The position numbers and the translations under genes are program-made. The notes below the pieces were generated by a model, which did no database searches, was not told the DNA's origin, and saw nothing but the letters and a program-made list of their open reading frames with translations. This document shows positions 27,542 through 38,374 of a DNA stretch of 64,000 bases, one piece after another. Origin of the DNA: Clostridia bacterium (lineage in GTDB: Bacteria; CBDUZB01; JAGLHV01); assembly GCA_030637025.1 (NCBI GenBank), contig DAOVVV010000001.1:50139-114138 (forward strand), given 5' to 3'. How positions within the stretch are numbered: the first letter of the stretch is position 1; every line of letters starts with the position of its first letter.

Positions 27542-28404
27542 GCTATTTTTACTCCTTTCCTTTTTATTAAAATATTATCAATCAACCTGGTTTTCCCTAT
27601 CCATACAGCTAAAGCCACTAAAACTTCATTTCCTATTTTTTTCACCTCTTTAAGGCTTTCCGGATGACATATTTTTATATAATCAATTTTTGCTTTAGAC
27701 CGGGTCTGAATAATTTTTTTTATTTGATTAATCATATCTTGCACATTGGTCTTTTTTTTTAATTTAATCATCTCTTCCGCTTTTTTTAATGCCTTTACTA
27801 AAACAACTGCCTCTTCTCGTTCTTTTACTGAAAGATAAGCATTTCTTGAACTTATAGCCAAACCGTCTTTCTCCCGGATAATAGGCATCATTATTGTTTT
27901 TACCCCAAAATTTAAATCGTTTACCATTTTTTCAATTATTTTAAACTGTTGATAGTCTTTCTGTCCAAAATAAGCCCGGGTTGGCTTAATAACATTAAAA
28001 AGTTTACCAACAATAGTACAAACTCCCCTAAAATGGCCAGGGCGAAACATTCCACAAAGAGCACCGGACATTTTTTCTACTTCTATGTAAGTTGAACATC
28101 CTTGAGGATACATTTCCTTTGTTGAAGGAGCAAAAATTATTTCAATCCCTTTTCCTTCCAGTAATTTTTTATCTTTTTTTAAACACCTGGGATATTTTTT
28201 ATAATCTTCTCCCTTCCCAAACTGAGTGGGATTAACAAAAAGACTGAGTACCGAAAAATTATTCTCTTTACACGACTGCTTAATCAAAGAAAAGTGTCCG
28301 GAATGTAATGCACCCATTGTAGGAATTAAACCAATTGATTTCCCTTGCTTTAACCAACTCAAACTCAACTCTTGCATTTGGGAAACAGTTTTTATTATTT
28401 TCAT
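27538..28404 (-). CDS. panC: Pantoate--beta-alanine ligase PanC.
   Basis: IGLIPTMGALHSGHFSLI is the HIGH-class motif of PanC. 288 aa. Confidence 0.9.
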   Translation of the reverse strand: MKIIKTVSQMQELSLSWLKQGKSIGLIPTMGALHSGHFSLIKQSCKENNFSVLSLFVNPTQFGKGEDYKKYPRCLKKDKKLLEGKGIEIIFAPSTKEMYPQGCSTYIEVEKMSGALCGMFRPGHFRGVCTIVGKLFNVIKPTRAYFGQKDYQQFKIIEKMVNDLNFGVKTIMMPIIREKDGLAISSRNAYLSVKEREEAVVLVKALKKAEEMIKLKKKTNVQDMINQIKKIIQTRSKAKIDYIKICHPESLKEVKKIGNEVLVALAVWIGKTRLIDNILIKRKGVKIA

Positions 28405-28442
28405 TTTCCTGGAAAAGTTTGCTCCTATTTATTGTTTTTATT

Positions 28443-29240
28443 TTAATAACTATACTTATTCGTAGGGAATTTACTTTCTTTCACTTCTTTTTTAAATTTA
28501 CCTGCCGCTTTTTTTATTTGAATATCCAGATGGACATACTGTTTAACAAATTTAGGAGTACCCCTGCCGGTTAGACCCAGAAGGTCTTCTGTAACTAAAA
28601 CCTGACCGTCACAATATTTTCCTGCCCCAATACCGATACTGGGAATATTAATTTTTCGGGTAATTTCTTTGGATAGTTTTTCCGGTATACCTTCCAGCAC
28701 TAAGGAAAAAATTCCCGCTTCTTCTAATATCCGGGCATCCTCAATCAACCTTTGCGCTTCCTCTTTTTTTCTCCCCTGCACTTTATATCCGCCCATCTTA
28801 TGTATTGCCTGAGGAATAAGCCCGATATGCCCCATTACCGGAATATTCGCCTCTATCAAACGTTTAACCGTCCCGGCTATTTGGGCCCCGCCTTCTATTT
28901 TTACTGCCTCTGCCCCACCTTCTTTAATCATCCGGCTGCAATTAAGTAAAGCTTCTTTTTCTCCTAACTGATAAGACATAAAAGGCATATCCGCTATTAA
29001 AAGGGCATTTAAATTCCCTCTTTTTACAGCTTTAGTATGATATAAAATATCCTCTACTTTCACCGGAAGCGTATTTTCATAACCGAGTACTACCATTCCC
29101 AGGGAATCCCCGACCAAAAGAACATCAACAGCTACTTCGTTTAATATTTTAGCCATCCAATAATTATAACAGGTAAGCATACTAATTTTTTCTTTCCTTT
29201 GCTTCATTTCCTGTAATTTAACCACTGTAATTTTATTCAT
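28443..29240 (-). CDS. panB: 3-methyl-2-oxobutanoate hydroxymethyltransferase PanB.
   Basis: MLTCYNYWMAKILNEVAVDVLLVGDSLGMVVLG is the PanB signature. 265 aa. Confidence 0.9.
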   Translation of the reverse strand: MNKITVVKLQEMKQRKEKISMLTCYNYWMAKILNEVAVDVLLVGDSLGMVVLGYENTLPVKVEDILYHTKAVKRGNLNALLIADMPFMSYQLGEKEALLNCSRMIKEGGAEAVKIEGGAQIAGTVKRLIEANIPVMGHIGLIPQAIHKMGGYKVQGRKKEEAQRLIEDARILEEAGIFSLVLEGIPEKLSKEITRKINIPSIGIGAGKYCDGQVLVTEDLLGLTGRGTPKFVKQYVHLDIQIKKAAGKFKKEVKESKFPTNKYSY

Positions 29241-29251
29241 TTTTTATCCCG

Positions 29252-29791
29252 TTATACTTTATATACTTTAAGACTATCCTGTAAACTTTCCAACAGTGTT
29301 TTCACTTTCTTCCTTAACAACGGATGAACAAACCCGGGACTAATTTCAGCCAAAGGAACCAAAACAAATCTTCTCTTGTGTGCCCGGGAATGAGGAATAA
29401 TCAAGTCTTTTTCTCTTATGATTTTATTCCCGTAAAATAATATATCCAGATCAATCGTTCTTGGCCCCCATTTTATAGTTTTTTTCCGGCCTAATTCTTT
29501 TTCTATTTTCCGGCAAATCTCTAATAAATCTTTAGGTGTTAACTTTGTTTTTATTTTTATTACCTTATTTAAAAACCACTTCTTGGTCGTTAGTTTTCTT
29601 TCTTTATTTTTAAATTTTACTTTATATTCCAGGGGTTCTGTTTCATAAAATAAAGATTCTTTTACAATCTTTATTCTTTTCGTTTTAAGAAATTCTATCG
29701 CTTTCTTAATATTTTCCAATCTATTAGTTAAATTAGAACCTAAACTAAGATAAGCAATTTTCCTGTCATTTCCCACCAAAAACACCACCAA
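29252..29791 (-). CDS. folK: 2-amino-4-hydroxy-6-hydroxymethyldihydropteridine pyrophosphokinase FolK (HPPK).
   Basis: IAYLSLGSNL...ETEPLEY...GPRTIDLDILFYG...HPLL are HPPK motifs. 179 aa. Confidence 0.85.
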   Translation of the reverse strand: MVVFLVGNDRKIAYLSLGSNLTNRLENIKKAIEFLKTKRIKIVKESLFYETEPLEYKVKFKNKERKLTTKKWFLNKVIKIKTKLTPKDLLEICRKIEKELGRKKTIKWGPRTIDLDILFYGNKIIREKDLIIPHSRAHKRRFVLVPLAEISPGFVHPLLRKKVKTLLESLQDSLKVYKV

Positions 29792-29878
29792 AACTAAATT
29801 GAATTGACTAATCCAACAACTTCTCTAAACTTTTAATTTCCAGATTCATTTAACAAATTACACTAATTAATTATATAT

Positions 29879-31072
29879 TTAAAAACTCACTTTACTCATT
29901 CTATCCAGAGATTGCTTTAACCTATCTTCGTCTACAGTCAAAGCAAAACGCACATAACCTTCCCCAGAAGGCCCAAAACCTTTTCCCGGAGTACAAATAA
30001 TTCCCGCTTCTTCCAATAATCTTTTTGCCCACTCCGCTGAAGAATAATTACCCGGAACTCTCGCCCAGACATAAAAAGTGGCTTGTGGCATTCTTACTTC
30101 CCACCCTAAATTCCTTAAGCCCTCTACCAAAACATCCCGTCGTCCTTTATACATCTGTCTTATTTTTTCTACGGCTTCCCCTGATTCCTCCAGAGCTTTT
30201 ATTCCGGCTATTTGAATGCAGTCAAAAACCCCGGAATCAAAATTATCTTTCACCTGGGATAACCCTTTGATTAGCTTTTCATTCCCCACAACAAATCCAA
30301 TTCTCCACCCGGTCATATTATAAGTTTTAGATAAAGAATGAAACTCTACCCCCACTTCTTTTGCCCCTTCAATCTCTAAAAAACTAAGCGGCTTCTTCTC
30401 CTGGAAATAAATCTCAGAATAAGCAGCATCGTGTACCACAATAATCCCATTCTTCCGGGCAAAAGCAACGACCTGTTTAAAAAATTCTTTATTAGCAACA
30501 GCCGCAGTCGGATTATTAGGATAGTTAAGAAAAAGCAACTTTGCTTTTTCTTTTATCGCTTGCGGAATTACAGATAAATCAGGTAAAAAATTATTTTCTT
30601 CCAATAAGGGTAAATAATAAGGCACTCCCCCGGCAAAAACAGTGCTACTGGTATATACCGGATAAGCCGGTTCCGGTATAAGTACAACATCACCCGGATT
30701 TATAAAGGCAAGAGGAAAATGTCCAATCCCTTCTTTAGAACCAATTAGAGTATAAATTTCCTTTGCGGAATTTATTTCTATACCAAAACGTCTTTTATAC
30801 CAGGAGGCTGACACCTGCCTAAATTGCTCAAGGCCGGTACCCATAGGATAATGATGATATTGGGAATTATCAAGGGCTTTTTTCATTGCTTCCACAATAT
30901 GAGCAAACGTAGGCTGGTCAGGATCCCCTATACCTAAATTAATAATATCCACTCCCTGTTTTATCATCTCTTTTTTTTTGCGATCAATTTCTACAAATAA
31001 ATAACCCGGAAGCTGATTCAGCCGCTGGGCATAAGAAAAACTCAATTCGTTTTTTATTTTTTCCTGTAACAT
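29879..31072 (-). CDS. dapL: Class I/II aminotransferase, probably LL-diaminopimelate aminotransferase DapL.
   Basis: The N-terminus LPGYLFVEIDRKKKEMIKQGVDIINLGIGDPDQPT fits the DapL pattern, and a PLP lysine region is present. dapB is nearby. Confidence 0.55.
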   Translation of the reverse strand: MLQEKIKNELSFSYAQRLNQLPGYLFVEIDRKKKEMIKQGVDIINLGIGDPDQPTFAHIVEAMKKALDNSQYHHYPMGTGLEQFRQVSASWYKRRFGIEINSAKEIYTLIGSKEGIGHFPLAFINPGDVVLIPEPAYPVYTSSTVFAGGVPYYLPLLEENNFLPDLSVIPQAIKEKAKLLFLNYPNNPTAAVANKEFFKQVVAFARKNGIIVVHDAAYSEIYFQEKKPLSFLEIEGAKEVGVEFHSLSKTYNMTGWRIGFVVGNEKLIKGLSQVKDNFDSGVFDCIQIAGIKALEESGEAVEKIRQMYKGRRDVLVEGLRNLGWEVRMPQATFYVWARVPGNYSSAEWAKRLLEEAGIICTPGKGFGPSGEGYVRFALTVDEDRLKQSLDRMSKVSF

Positions 31073-31075
31073 TTT

Positions 31076-31465
31076 TTAATTCCCCTCACCTTTATTCTTT
31101 GTTTTCTCAAATATCGACCAAACTCCCCAGATTAAAAAAAATAAAAAAATTAAAGCTGTAAAATTAGTAACCCATCCTTCAAAGCATCCTTGTTCATGCC
31201 GGTATTCATAACCAAAATCACTAAAACTCTTAGCAGTAAAAAGTACTAAAAAAAACGGCAGAACCTTTTCCAACAAACCACCTTTAAAAACCAATAACGA
31301 CCAAAAAAGCCAGAAAAGAACAGAAATCCCCAGCAAAGTTAAAACAATCATTGCTCCAATATGAGCCGGGTCATACTCCCATTCATCACCGGTGACATCA
31401 TCCTCCAGAAATCCGGCAATAATATCCAAAACCCGCAAAAATAAATTTTTCTTTTTTTCTATCAT
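31076..31465 (-). CDS. Small hypothetical membrane protein.
   Basis: 129 aa with 3 predicted transmembrane helices. It is tightly spaced after the aminotransferase start. Confidence 0.4.
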   Translation of the reverse strand: MIEKKKNLFLRVLDIIAGFLEDDVTGDEWEYDPAHIGAMIVLTLLGISVLFWLFWSLLVFKGGLLEKVLPFFLVLFTAKSFSDFGYEYRHEQGCFEGWVTNFTALIFLFFLIWGVWSIFEKTKNKGEGN

Positions 31466-31499
31466 AAATACTTTTTTTCTCCCTGCTAAACTAAAACTT

Positions 31500-32252
31500 T
31501 TATTTCACCCTGTTTCTCAGGGTGCCGATATTTTCGATCACTACTTCTATCATATCTCCCGGATGCATAGGTCCTATCCCGGGAGGTGTTCCTGTAGCAA
31601 TTACATCCCCCGGTAAAAGCATCATCACCGAGGAAATAAAACAAACCAGTTCTTCTATTTTAAAAATACAATCACTGGTCCGTGAAGATTGTTTTTTTTC
31701 CCCGTTAAGATACGATTCAATTTTAAGATCATCCGGATTAATGCCACTAACAATACACGGCCCAATAGGAGCAAACGTATTAAAAGCTTTAGCCCTTGTC
31801 CATTGAATATCTTTCTGCTGTAAATCTCTGGCCGTAACATCATTAAAACAAGTATAACCTAAAATATATTCCTTTACTTTTTTTGAATCTATATGAAAAG
31901 CTTGCTTTTTTATCACCACACCTAACTCTGCCTCATAATCAATCCTTTTACTCATCCGGGGATAAATAATTTCTTCTTCCGGACCAATTACTGCAGTAGG
32001 AGGTTTAATAAAAATTATCGGATTTTCCGGAATTTCCATTTCTAACTCTTCTGCATGCTTACGGTAATTTAGTCCTACTGCTACGATTTTGCTGGGTTGA
32101 CAAGGAGCAAGTAAGATTATTTCATCAAAATTATATTCATTATTGCTAATTTTAAATTCTTCCCAAAAATCTCCTTCTATTTCTTTTATCTTTTTTCCTT
32201 CCCATCTCCCTTTTTTTTCTTCACCCCGATAAAGAAACCTTACATATCTCAT
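31500..32252 (-). CDS. Fumarylacetoacetate hydrolase (FAH) family protein.
   Basis: 250 aa. [10 protein letters not shown] and GTPPGIGPM are FAH-fold motifs. Confidence 0.85.
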   Translation of the reverse strand: MRYVRFLYRGEEKKGRWEGKKIKEIEGDFWEEFKISNNEYNFDEIILLAPCQPSKIVAVGLNYRKHAEELEMEIPENPIIFIKPPTAVIGPEEEIIYPRMSKRIDYEAELGVVIKKQAFHIDSKKVKEYILGYTCFNDVTARDLQQKDIQWTRAKAFNTFAPIGPCIVSGINPDDLKIESYLNGEKKQSSRTSDCIFKIEELVCFISSVMMLLPGDVIATGTPPGIGPMHPGDMIEVVIENIGTLRNRVK

Positions 32253-33073
32253 GTTTTTATTCTACGTTTAGTATTTTTTATTTGATATATCACTGATTTA
32301 TTTCCTCCTGCTTTCTTAGCCTTATACATTGCCTTATCAGCAAAAAGAATTAATTCCTTCATGTTTTTTGCTTCACGGGGAAAAAAAACAACACCTATAC
32401 TTAAACTCATTTTAATCTTTTTTTTGCCCTTACCAAAGACAAAACGCGATTGTTCTACTTTTTTTATTATTCTTTCCGCTACTGATGAAATACCTGTAGA
32501 TTCCATATCCGTATTAGGAAGAATAACAGCAAATTCATCCCCGCCATAACGACATAAAACATCTATCATGCGTATATTTTTATTAATAATACCAACTATC
32601 TTTTTTAACATCTTATCACCGCTAAAATGTCCGTATGTGTCATTATATTTCTTAAAATTATCTAAATCAATCATCATTAAACCAAGAGGAAATTTATATC
32701 TGTTTGATCTGTTTATCTCTTCTTTCAATCTAGCCTGGAAATAACGATAATTATAAATAGAAGTAAGCTCGTCGGAGACAGTCATTCTCCTTGTTTTTTC
32801 ATAAAGCAATATGTTTTCAAAAGCAATCAAAGCATGTGAAGCAAGGGTCTCTAAAAGACGAATATTTTCTACTGAATAACCAAATTCTTCATTTGGTTTT
32901 TTTTCCGGCAAAATAGATTCTTTTAAGATTTTTTCAATTTCACTTTTCTTCCAGGGAAAAATTTGATCCTTTCTTCCCCCTCCTTTTTTCCCTTTTTTTT
33001 CTACATTTTTGGTAATTTTACGAATTTCTTTTACCATCAATGATATTTTTTTTACCAACATGTCTCTTGACAT
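32249..33073 (-). CDS. GGDEF-domain diguanylate cyclase with a short, partial GAF-like N-terminal region.
   Basis: [15 protein letters not shown] active site. [14 protein letters not shown]. Overlaps the FAH gene start by 4 nt. Confidence 0.8.
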   Translation of the reverse strand: MSRDMLVKKISLMVKEIRKITKNVEKKGKKGGGRKDQIFPWKKSEIEKILKESILPEKKPNEEFGYSVENIRLLETLASHALIAFENILLYEKTRRMTVSDELTSIYNYRYFQARLKEEINRSNRYKFPLGLMMIDLDNFKKYNDTYGHFSGDKMLKKIVGIINKNIRMIDVLCRYGGDEFAVILPNTDMESTGISSVAERIIKKVEQSRFVFGKGKKKIKMSLSIGVVFFPREAKNMKELILFADKAMYKAKKAGGNKSVIYQIKNTKRRIKT

Positions 33074-33131
33074 CTCCTATAACCCCCTTGACCGGCTAAC
33101 CTTTTTCGTGCTTATAGAATATATTTTTTAT

Positions 33132-33923
33132 CTACTTTAAATCTAAAACATCCTCCATATTATATAAACCTTTTGGTTTATCTATCAACCACTTTGCTGC
33201 AAACAAAGCTCCGGAAGCAAAGGCATCCCGGCTATGAGCACGATGAACCAATTCTATCCGTTCCCCCGGCCCGGCAAAAAAAACCGTATGTTCCCCGACT
33301 ACATCCCCGGCACGTACGGCATGCACACCTATTTCTTCTTTTTTTCTGGCTCCTATCACACCTTCTCTTCCGCAGACTTTAACTTTATTAATATCTCTTT
33401 CCAGAACCCGGGCAACAACCTCAGCAATTCGATTGGCGGTACCCGAAGGTGCATCTTTCTTCTTATTGTGATGTATCTCTAAAATTTCTATATCATAATT
33501 ATTAAGGACCTTAGCCACTTCACCTACCAGCCTAAAGAGGAGATTTACTCCTTTACTCATATTAGGAGCCAAAACACACGGAATATCTTTGATAATGCCT
33601 TTCAATTCCTCCAATTGTTCAGACGAAAAACCTGTAGTTCCTATTACCATTTTTTTCCCCTCAGCTGCTGCTATACGAGCATGGTCAATAGAAGATTTTG
33701 GATTGGTAAAATCAATCACTACTTCACCGTTTTTTATTATGCTTTTTAAATTGCCGGTTAAACTTACCTCTTCGGTAATTTTTGTTCCCAGTAAAGAATG
33801 GTTTCCGGCTTCAATTGCCCCGGCAAATTTTAATTCTTCATCCTGAATAGCCAGATCCACCAACCTTTCCCCCATTCTTCCTTTTGCTCCGCAAATAATT
33901 ACTTTAATCATTTTTCTCCCCAT
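33132..33923 (-). CDS. dapB: 4-hydroxy-tetrahydrodipicolinate reductase DapB.
   Basis: MIKVIICGAKGRMGERL NAD-binding N-terminus; the likely true start is the internal Met at 33911. The EIHHNKKKDAPSGTA motif is present. Confidence 0.9.
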   Translation of the reverse strand: MGRKMIKVIICGAKGRMGERLVDLAIQDEELKFAGAIEAGNHSLLGTKITEEVSLTGNLKSIIKNGEVVIDFTNPKSSIDHARIAAAEGKKMVIGTTGFSSEQLEELKGIIKDIPCVLAPNMSKGVNLLFRLVGEVAKVLNNYDIEILEIHHNKKKDAPSGTANRIAEVVARVLERDINKVKVCGREGVIGARKKEEIGVHAVRAGDVVGEHTVFFAGPGERIELVHRAHSRDAFASGALFAAKWLIDKPKGLYNMEDVLDLK

Positions 33924-34271
33924 AAATTAGTTTAATATAATATTTAAGTATCGACGAATCATTATATAACACCTTATAATCGATGTCAAACAAAATTTCG
34001 TTATTTAGTAATGTCAAGATTTATTTTGACTTTAATTTTTAATCGCACTCATTTTTTACAGGCAGAATAAAAGGCACATCTTCTTTTTTTATGTTTTCTT
34101 CTATTAACGAATTTCTTTCTTTAAACACTAAATAATTGCAAATAGCTAACAGGTAATGGCAAATAGAGAGTTGTATTTTTCAAAAAATGTTGAATTAATT
34201 TAAAGTTGTTTTATTGGTAAAAAAAGATAGAAACTAAAGATAAAAGAATAGTCCTTAAAAATTACAAGAAA

Positions 34272-36005
34272 CTATTTTCTTTTTTGTTGCAGGATTTTCA
34301 TTAATTGTTTATAGCTTAGTGTATTTAAAACATCCCTTGATTCTAACCATCCTCGACGAGCAACCCAGATTCCCAGGGAAAGATATTCCATTTGTTCTAA
34401 AGCATGCGCATCAGTGCCAATACCCATTAAAACCCCCTTTTCTTTTGCTTTACGACAATAAATATCCGGTAGATCCAACCGCTGAGGATTAGCATTTATT
34501 TCTAAAAAGGTCCCTATCCTCGACGCTTCTTCAATTATCTTGTCCATATTAACCATATAAGGTTCTCTTTTCTGAAGTAATCGGCCCGTGGGATGCGCAA
34601 ACATATGGACATATTTATTTCTCATTGCCGAAATTATTCTATTAGTCATTGTTGCTTCATCTTGTTTAAATCCGGAATGAATAGCAATTAAAACAAAATC
34701 TAATTGTTCTAATATGTCTTTTTTATAATCTAAAGAACCGTTTGCAAGAATATCTATCTCTGCTCCGCATAATATTTTAAGTTCTTTAAATTTTTTATTA
34801 ATTTTCTTTATCTCTTTAATTTTATTCAGAACTTCTTCCGGCTTCATGCCATGTGCCACTTTGAGGGATTGCGAATGGTCACAAATTACTATCCATTCTA
34901 ATCCCATTTGTTTCGCTTTGCCGGCAATATCTTCTATCGAATCTTTTCCATCACTCCAATTAGAATGAATATGAAAATCTCCTTTTATTCGGGAATATTC
35001 TATTAGTTTGGGCAAACTATTTGTCTTTGATTTTTCAATCTCTCCTTGATTTTCCCGTAATTCAGCAGGAATCCATTTTAATCCCAATTGATTATAAATA
35101 TCTTCTTCTTTTTTTCCAGTTACCTTTTTATTGTTCTTGATTTTGAAAAGTCCATATTCATTTATTTTATAACCTTTTTCATTTGCCAGGTTACGTAATT
35201 TAATATTATGCTCCTTGGAACCGGTAAAATACTGAAGAGCTGCCCCATAAGATTCAGGTTTAACCACCCTTAAATCTACCTGAATATTATCATTGGTAAT
35301 AATGCTGGATTTTGTCTCTCCCTGTAAAAGTATTCTTTTACATTGGGAAAGATTAATAAAAGCATTCATTACTCCCGGCAAATCTGTAGAAGCACATACT
35401 ATATCTATATCTCCGATTGTTTCTTTCTTTCTCCGTAAACTTCCCGCAGGACAAATTTGTTTTATTCTCGCTTTTTTTTTCAATTCATCGATAATAGATT
35501 CGGCTAAAGCTAAACCCGTGAATAAAAAAATTCTCTCCCGGTTTTTACGAATAAATTCTATTCCCCTTAAAATGTTCTGCTGAGTTTTTTCGCCTAAGTG
35601 CGAAATTTCCATAATTCTATTTAATTTAGCTGCTAATTCTAAATCATTTAGATTTTTTATGTCTAATTTCTCATAGAGTATTTTAGCTGTTTTAAAACCT
35701 ATTCCCGGGACGGAAACAATATCGAGTATTTTTTCCGGAAATTCTTTTCTTAAATTTTCATAATATTCTATTTTACCCTTTGAAAAATATTCTTCTATTT
35801 TTTTTGCAATTCCTTCCCCAATATGGGGTATCTTCAATAGTTTTTTATTATAAATTAGATTTTCTATATCTTCCGATAAATTTTCAATGCTTTGTGCAGC
35901 CCTTTCATAAGAACGGATTCGGAATGGATTTTCATTTTTTAAGCTTAAAAACCCGGCAATTTTATATAATAGATTTGCAATCTCTTTGTTTTTCATAATT
36001 AACAC
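34272..36005 (-). CDS. polX: Family X DNA polymerase with a PHP phosphoesterase domain (PolX).
   Basis: 577 aa. HhH motifs, the nucleotidyltransferase motif GSLRRKKETIGDIDIV, and the PHP motif GDFHIHSNWSDG. Confidence 0.85.
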   Translation of the reverse strand: MLIMKNKEIANLLYKIAGFLSLKNENPFRIRSYERAAQSIENLSEDIENLIYNKKLLKIPHIGEGIAKKIEEYFSKGKIEYYENLRKEFPEKILDIVSVPGIGFKTAKILYEKLDIKNLNDLELAAKLNRIMEISHLGEKTQQNILRGIEFIRKNRERIFLFTGLALAESIIDELKKKARIKQICPAGSLRRKKETIGDIDIVCASTDLPGVMNAFINLSQCKRILLQGETKSSIITNDNIQVDLRVVKPESYGAALQYFTGSKEHNIKLRNLANEKGYKINEYGLFKIKNNKKVTGKKEEDIYNQLGLKWIPAELRENQGEIEKSKTNSLPKLIEYSRIKGDFHIHSNWSDGKDSIEDIAGKAKQMGLEWIVICDHSQSLKVAHGMKPEEVLNKIKEIKKINKKFKELKILCGAEIDILANGSLDYKKDILEQLDFVLIAIHSGFKQDEATMTNRIISAMRNKYVHMFAHPTGRLLQKREPYMVNMDKIIEEASRIGTFLEINANPQRLDLPDIYCRKAKEKGVLMGIGTDAHALEQMEYLSLGIWVARRGWLESRDVLNTLSYKQLMKILQQKRK

Positions 36006-36098
36006 TTATAAATACTGAAAAAATATTCCTTTGTTATTTATCATTCACTGTTTTAGGTTTATCGGTAAGGTCTTAATTTTGATAAAAGTTTTCTCAGA

Positions 36099-36626
36099 TT
36101 AGATTTTTAATAAGAGACTTAAAATTTTTGTTTTAATTTCTTCCCTATTTGTTTTGGTAAGTTCAAATACTTGTGTATCTTTTCTTTTTTTTATTTCTGA
36201 AGTAAAATAATCATGTTTGAGTTTAATCGTGCCCATTATTTTTTTATCGGTTTCTAATGCATTCCAAACAACTTTTTTAAATTGAGGCGAAAGCAGTTCC
36301 ATTTTTCCTATTTCATCAACGATAATAAACTCACTTTCCTGCATTGCTTTTACAATAGAATCAGTACCAATCTCATCTAAATCCTTTAAATTAACACCGT
36401 ATTTACTAATTCGATAAGGACTTTGAAAATCAATATGGGCAAGCAACCCACTTTTCCCGTTGAAATTTTCAATTTTAAACCCAATACGTTTATTTCCTTC
36501 CTTAATTTCAGAAGTATAAAATCCGCCTTGTTTACCCTTTAATTCTTTCACTATTTCTTTTATTAAAGAAGTCTTGCCAGCGCAAGGCAACCCGGTTAAA
36601 AAAATGTTTTTTATCATTATTCTCAC
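36099..36626 (-). CDS. THEP1-like nucleoside triphosphatase (NTPase_1 family).
   Basis: 175 aa. P-loop GLPCAGKTSL, and DEIGKMEL as a Walker B-like motif. Confidence 0.55.
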   Translation of the reverse strand: MRIMIKNIFLTGLPCAGKTSLIKEIVKELKGKQGGFYTSEIKEGNKRIGFKIENFNGKSGLLAHIDFQSPYRISKYGVNLKDLDEIGTDSIVKAMQESEFIIVDEIGKMELLSPQFKKVVWNALETDKKIMGTIKLKHDYFTSEIKKRKDTQVFELTKTNREEIKTKILSLLLKI

Positions 36627-36635
36627 TCTTTATTT

Positions 36636-37436
36636 TTATTTAATAATTATTCCTGCATATCCTACAACAGAATGATAATCCCCGGTAACATCCCCACTGG
36701 TTTGATAGGAAATAAGCCTGCCTTCTTTAGCAGTTAATTTTTTGCCGGCATAAATCATAGTAGCGACAGGACCCACTCCGCACATTGAAATATTCTCTTT
36801 GATAACAATTTTTAATAGTCCTTCCGGATCAACATTTAATATCTTTTCTATAGCAAGTTTATCTTTTTGTTGGGCTATCTCCACTGGTTCATAATGAGTC
36901 ATATCGCTACTGGCAACAATTACCACGTTTTCTTCTGTAATAGAATCAGCAATTGCATTCCCTATATTCCGGCAAATATCGTCACTATATTCCTGCATAC
37001 AAATAGGAACGATTTGTGCTGAAGGATTTAGATGTTGAATAAAAGGTACTTGTACTTCTAATGAGTGCTCATCCAAATGAATTCTCTCATTTTCTTCTAG
37101 AAAATTCGAACGCGAAAGAATTTTTCCGGCTAAAGAAGAATTAATCTTTATTCCACCATAAGGCGTTATCCATTCTCCTTCGGTTATAATTGAGGATTTT
37201 TTTCCTCTACCATGATGATTCAGGCCAAGGATAATAAAAACAGAACAATTCTTTATTTGAGAATAAACTGCTCCTGCTACTTTCCCGGAATAAACATATC
37301 CGGCATGAGGACTAACTATCCCGATAACTTTTTGTTTTTCAGAGGAAGGAACTATATATTCTTCAATTGTTTTTCTTAGCTGAAGCGGATTGGCAGGATA
37401 AAACACTCCTGCATATGCAGGTTTACGTATTGCCAT
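36636..37436 (-). CDS. Memo-like protein (AmmeMemoRadiSam system protein B).
   Basis: 266 aa. PAYAGVFYPANP...VSPHAGYVYSG are the Memo1-family metal-site motifs. Confidence 0.8.
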   Translation of the reverse strand: MAIRKPAYAGVFYPANPLQLRKTIEEYIVPSSEKQKVIGIVSPHAGYVYSGKVAGAVYSQIKNCSVFIILGLNHHGRGKKSSIITEGEWITPYGGIKINSSLAGKILSRSNFLEENERIHLDEHSLEVQVPFIQHLNPSAQIVPICMQEYSDDICRNIGNAIADSITEENVVIVASSDMTHYEPVEIAQQKDKLAIEKILNVDPEGLLKIVIKENISMCGVGPVATMIYAGKKLTAKEGRLISYQTSGDVTGDYHSVVGYAGIIIK

Positions 37437-37468
37437 ATTTAAATCATCTCCTTTTTAAAAAAACAAGT

Positions 37469-38374
37469 TTATAGTTCTTGTCTCCAACCTTGATGAATTC
37501 CCTCTTTATCAGCAATTTTAAGCACTTTTTGATACTCTTTTATACTAATTTTGCGTGACAATTCAGTAAATTGATAAGATAAATGTGCCGGATGGTATTG
37601 AGACATAATACTTACATAGGTGTTTGGAGAAATTTCTCGAGCAATAAAACGAAGAATTTCCTGAGAACCGGCAATGTTTTCCGGTAAAACCAGATGACGG
37701 ACTAACAGTCCTCTAATAGCTATTCCTTCTTCGTTTATCTTTAACTCCCCTACTTGTCGAAACATCTCTTTCAAGGCAAGTTTATTTACTTGCCAGTAAT
37801 TAGAACTATTTGAATATTTCAATGCCATTTTATTATTACTGTATTTTGCATCCGGCATAAAAACATCTATTATTCCGTCTAACAATTTCAATGTTTCTAC
37901 CGATTCATAACCACTACAATTATAAACCAAAGGAATCCTTAATTGTTTCCTGCTTGCTAAATAATATGCTTCTATTATTTGCGGAACAAAATGTGTGGGA
38001 GTCACTAAGTTTATATTACAAGCTCCCTCTTCTTGTAATTTAAGCATTATTTGTGATAATTTTACAACAGAAATCTCTTGACCATGCCCCAGTTGACTTA
38101 TTGGATAATTTTGACAAAAGACACAATGCAAATGACAGTGAGTAAAAAATATTGTTCCTGATCCCCTAACACCTGAAATAGGCGGTTCTTCTCCAAAATG
38201 AAGATTAAAACTTGAAATTACAGGCTTTCCCCCTGATTGACAAAAACCTTTTTCCCCTTTTAAACGATTGACTTTACATTGACGGGGACAAAGAACACAT
38301 TTTCTAAGTAAATCATTAAGCTTTTTACTATCTAAAAAAAAATTGCTCATCAGTTTATAAAATGGCAACAACAA
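37469..38374 (-). CDS. AmmeMemoRadiSam-type radical SAM enzyme.
   Basis: N-terminal CVLCPRQC...GFCQ cysteine cluster, then CX3CX2C (CHLHCVFC) followed by QNYPISQ. 301 aa. Confidence 0.8.
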   Translation of the reverse strand: MLLPFYKLMSNFFLDSKKLNDLLRKCVLCPRQCKVNRLKGEKGFCQSGGKPVISSFNLHFGEEPPISGVRGSGTIFFTHCHLHCVFCQNYPISQLGHGQEISVVKLSQIMLKLQEEGACNINLVTPTHFVPQIIEAYYLASRKQLRIPLVYNCSGYESVETLKLLDGIIDVFMPDAKYSNNKMALKYSNSSNYWQVNKLALKEMFRQVGELKINEEGIAIRGLLVRHLVLPENIAGSQEILRFIAREISPNTYVSIMSQYHPAHLSYQFTELSRKISIKEYQKVLKIADKEGIHQGWRQEL

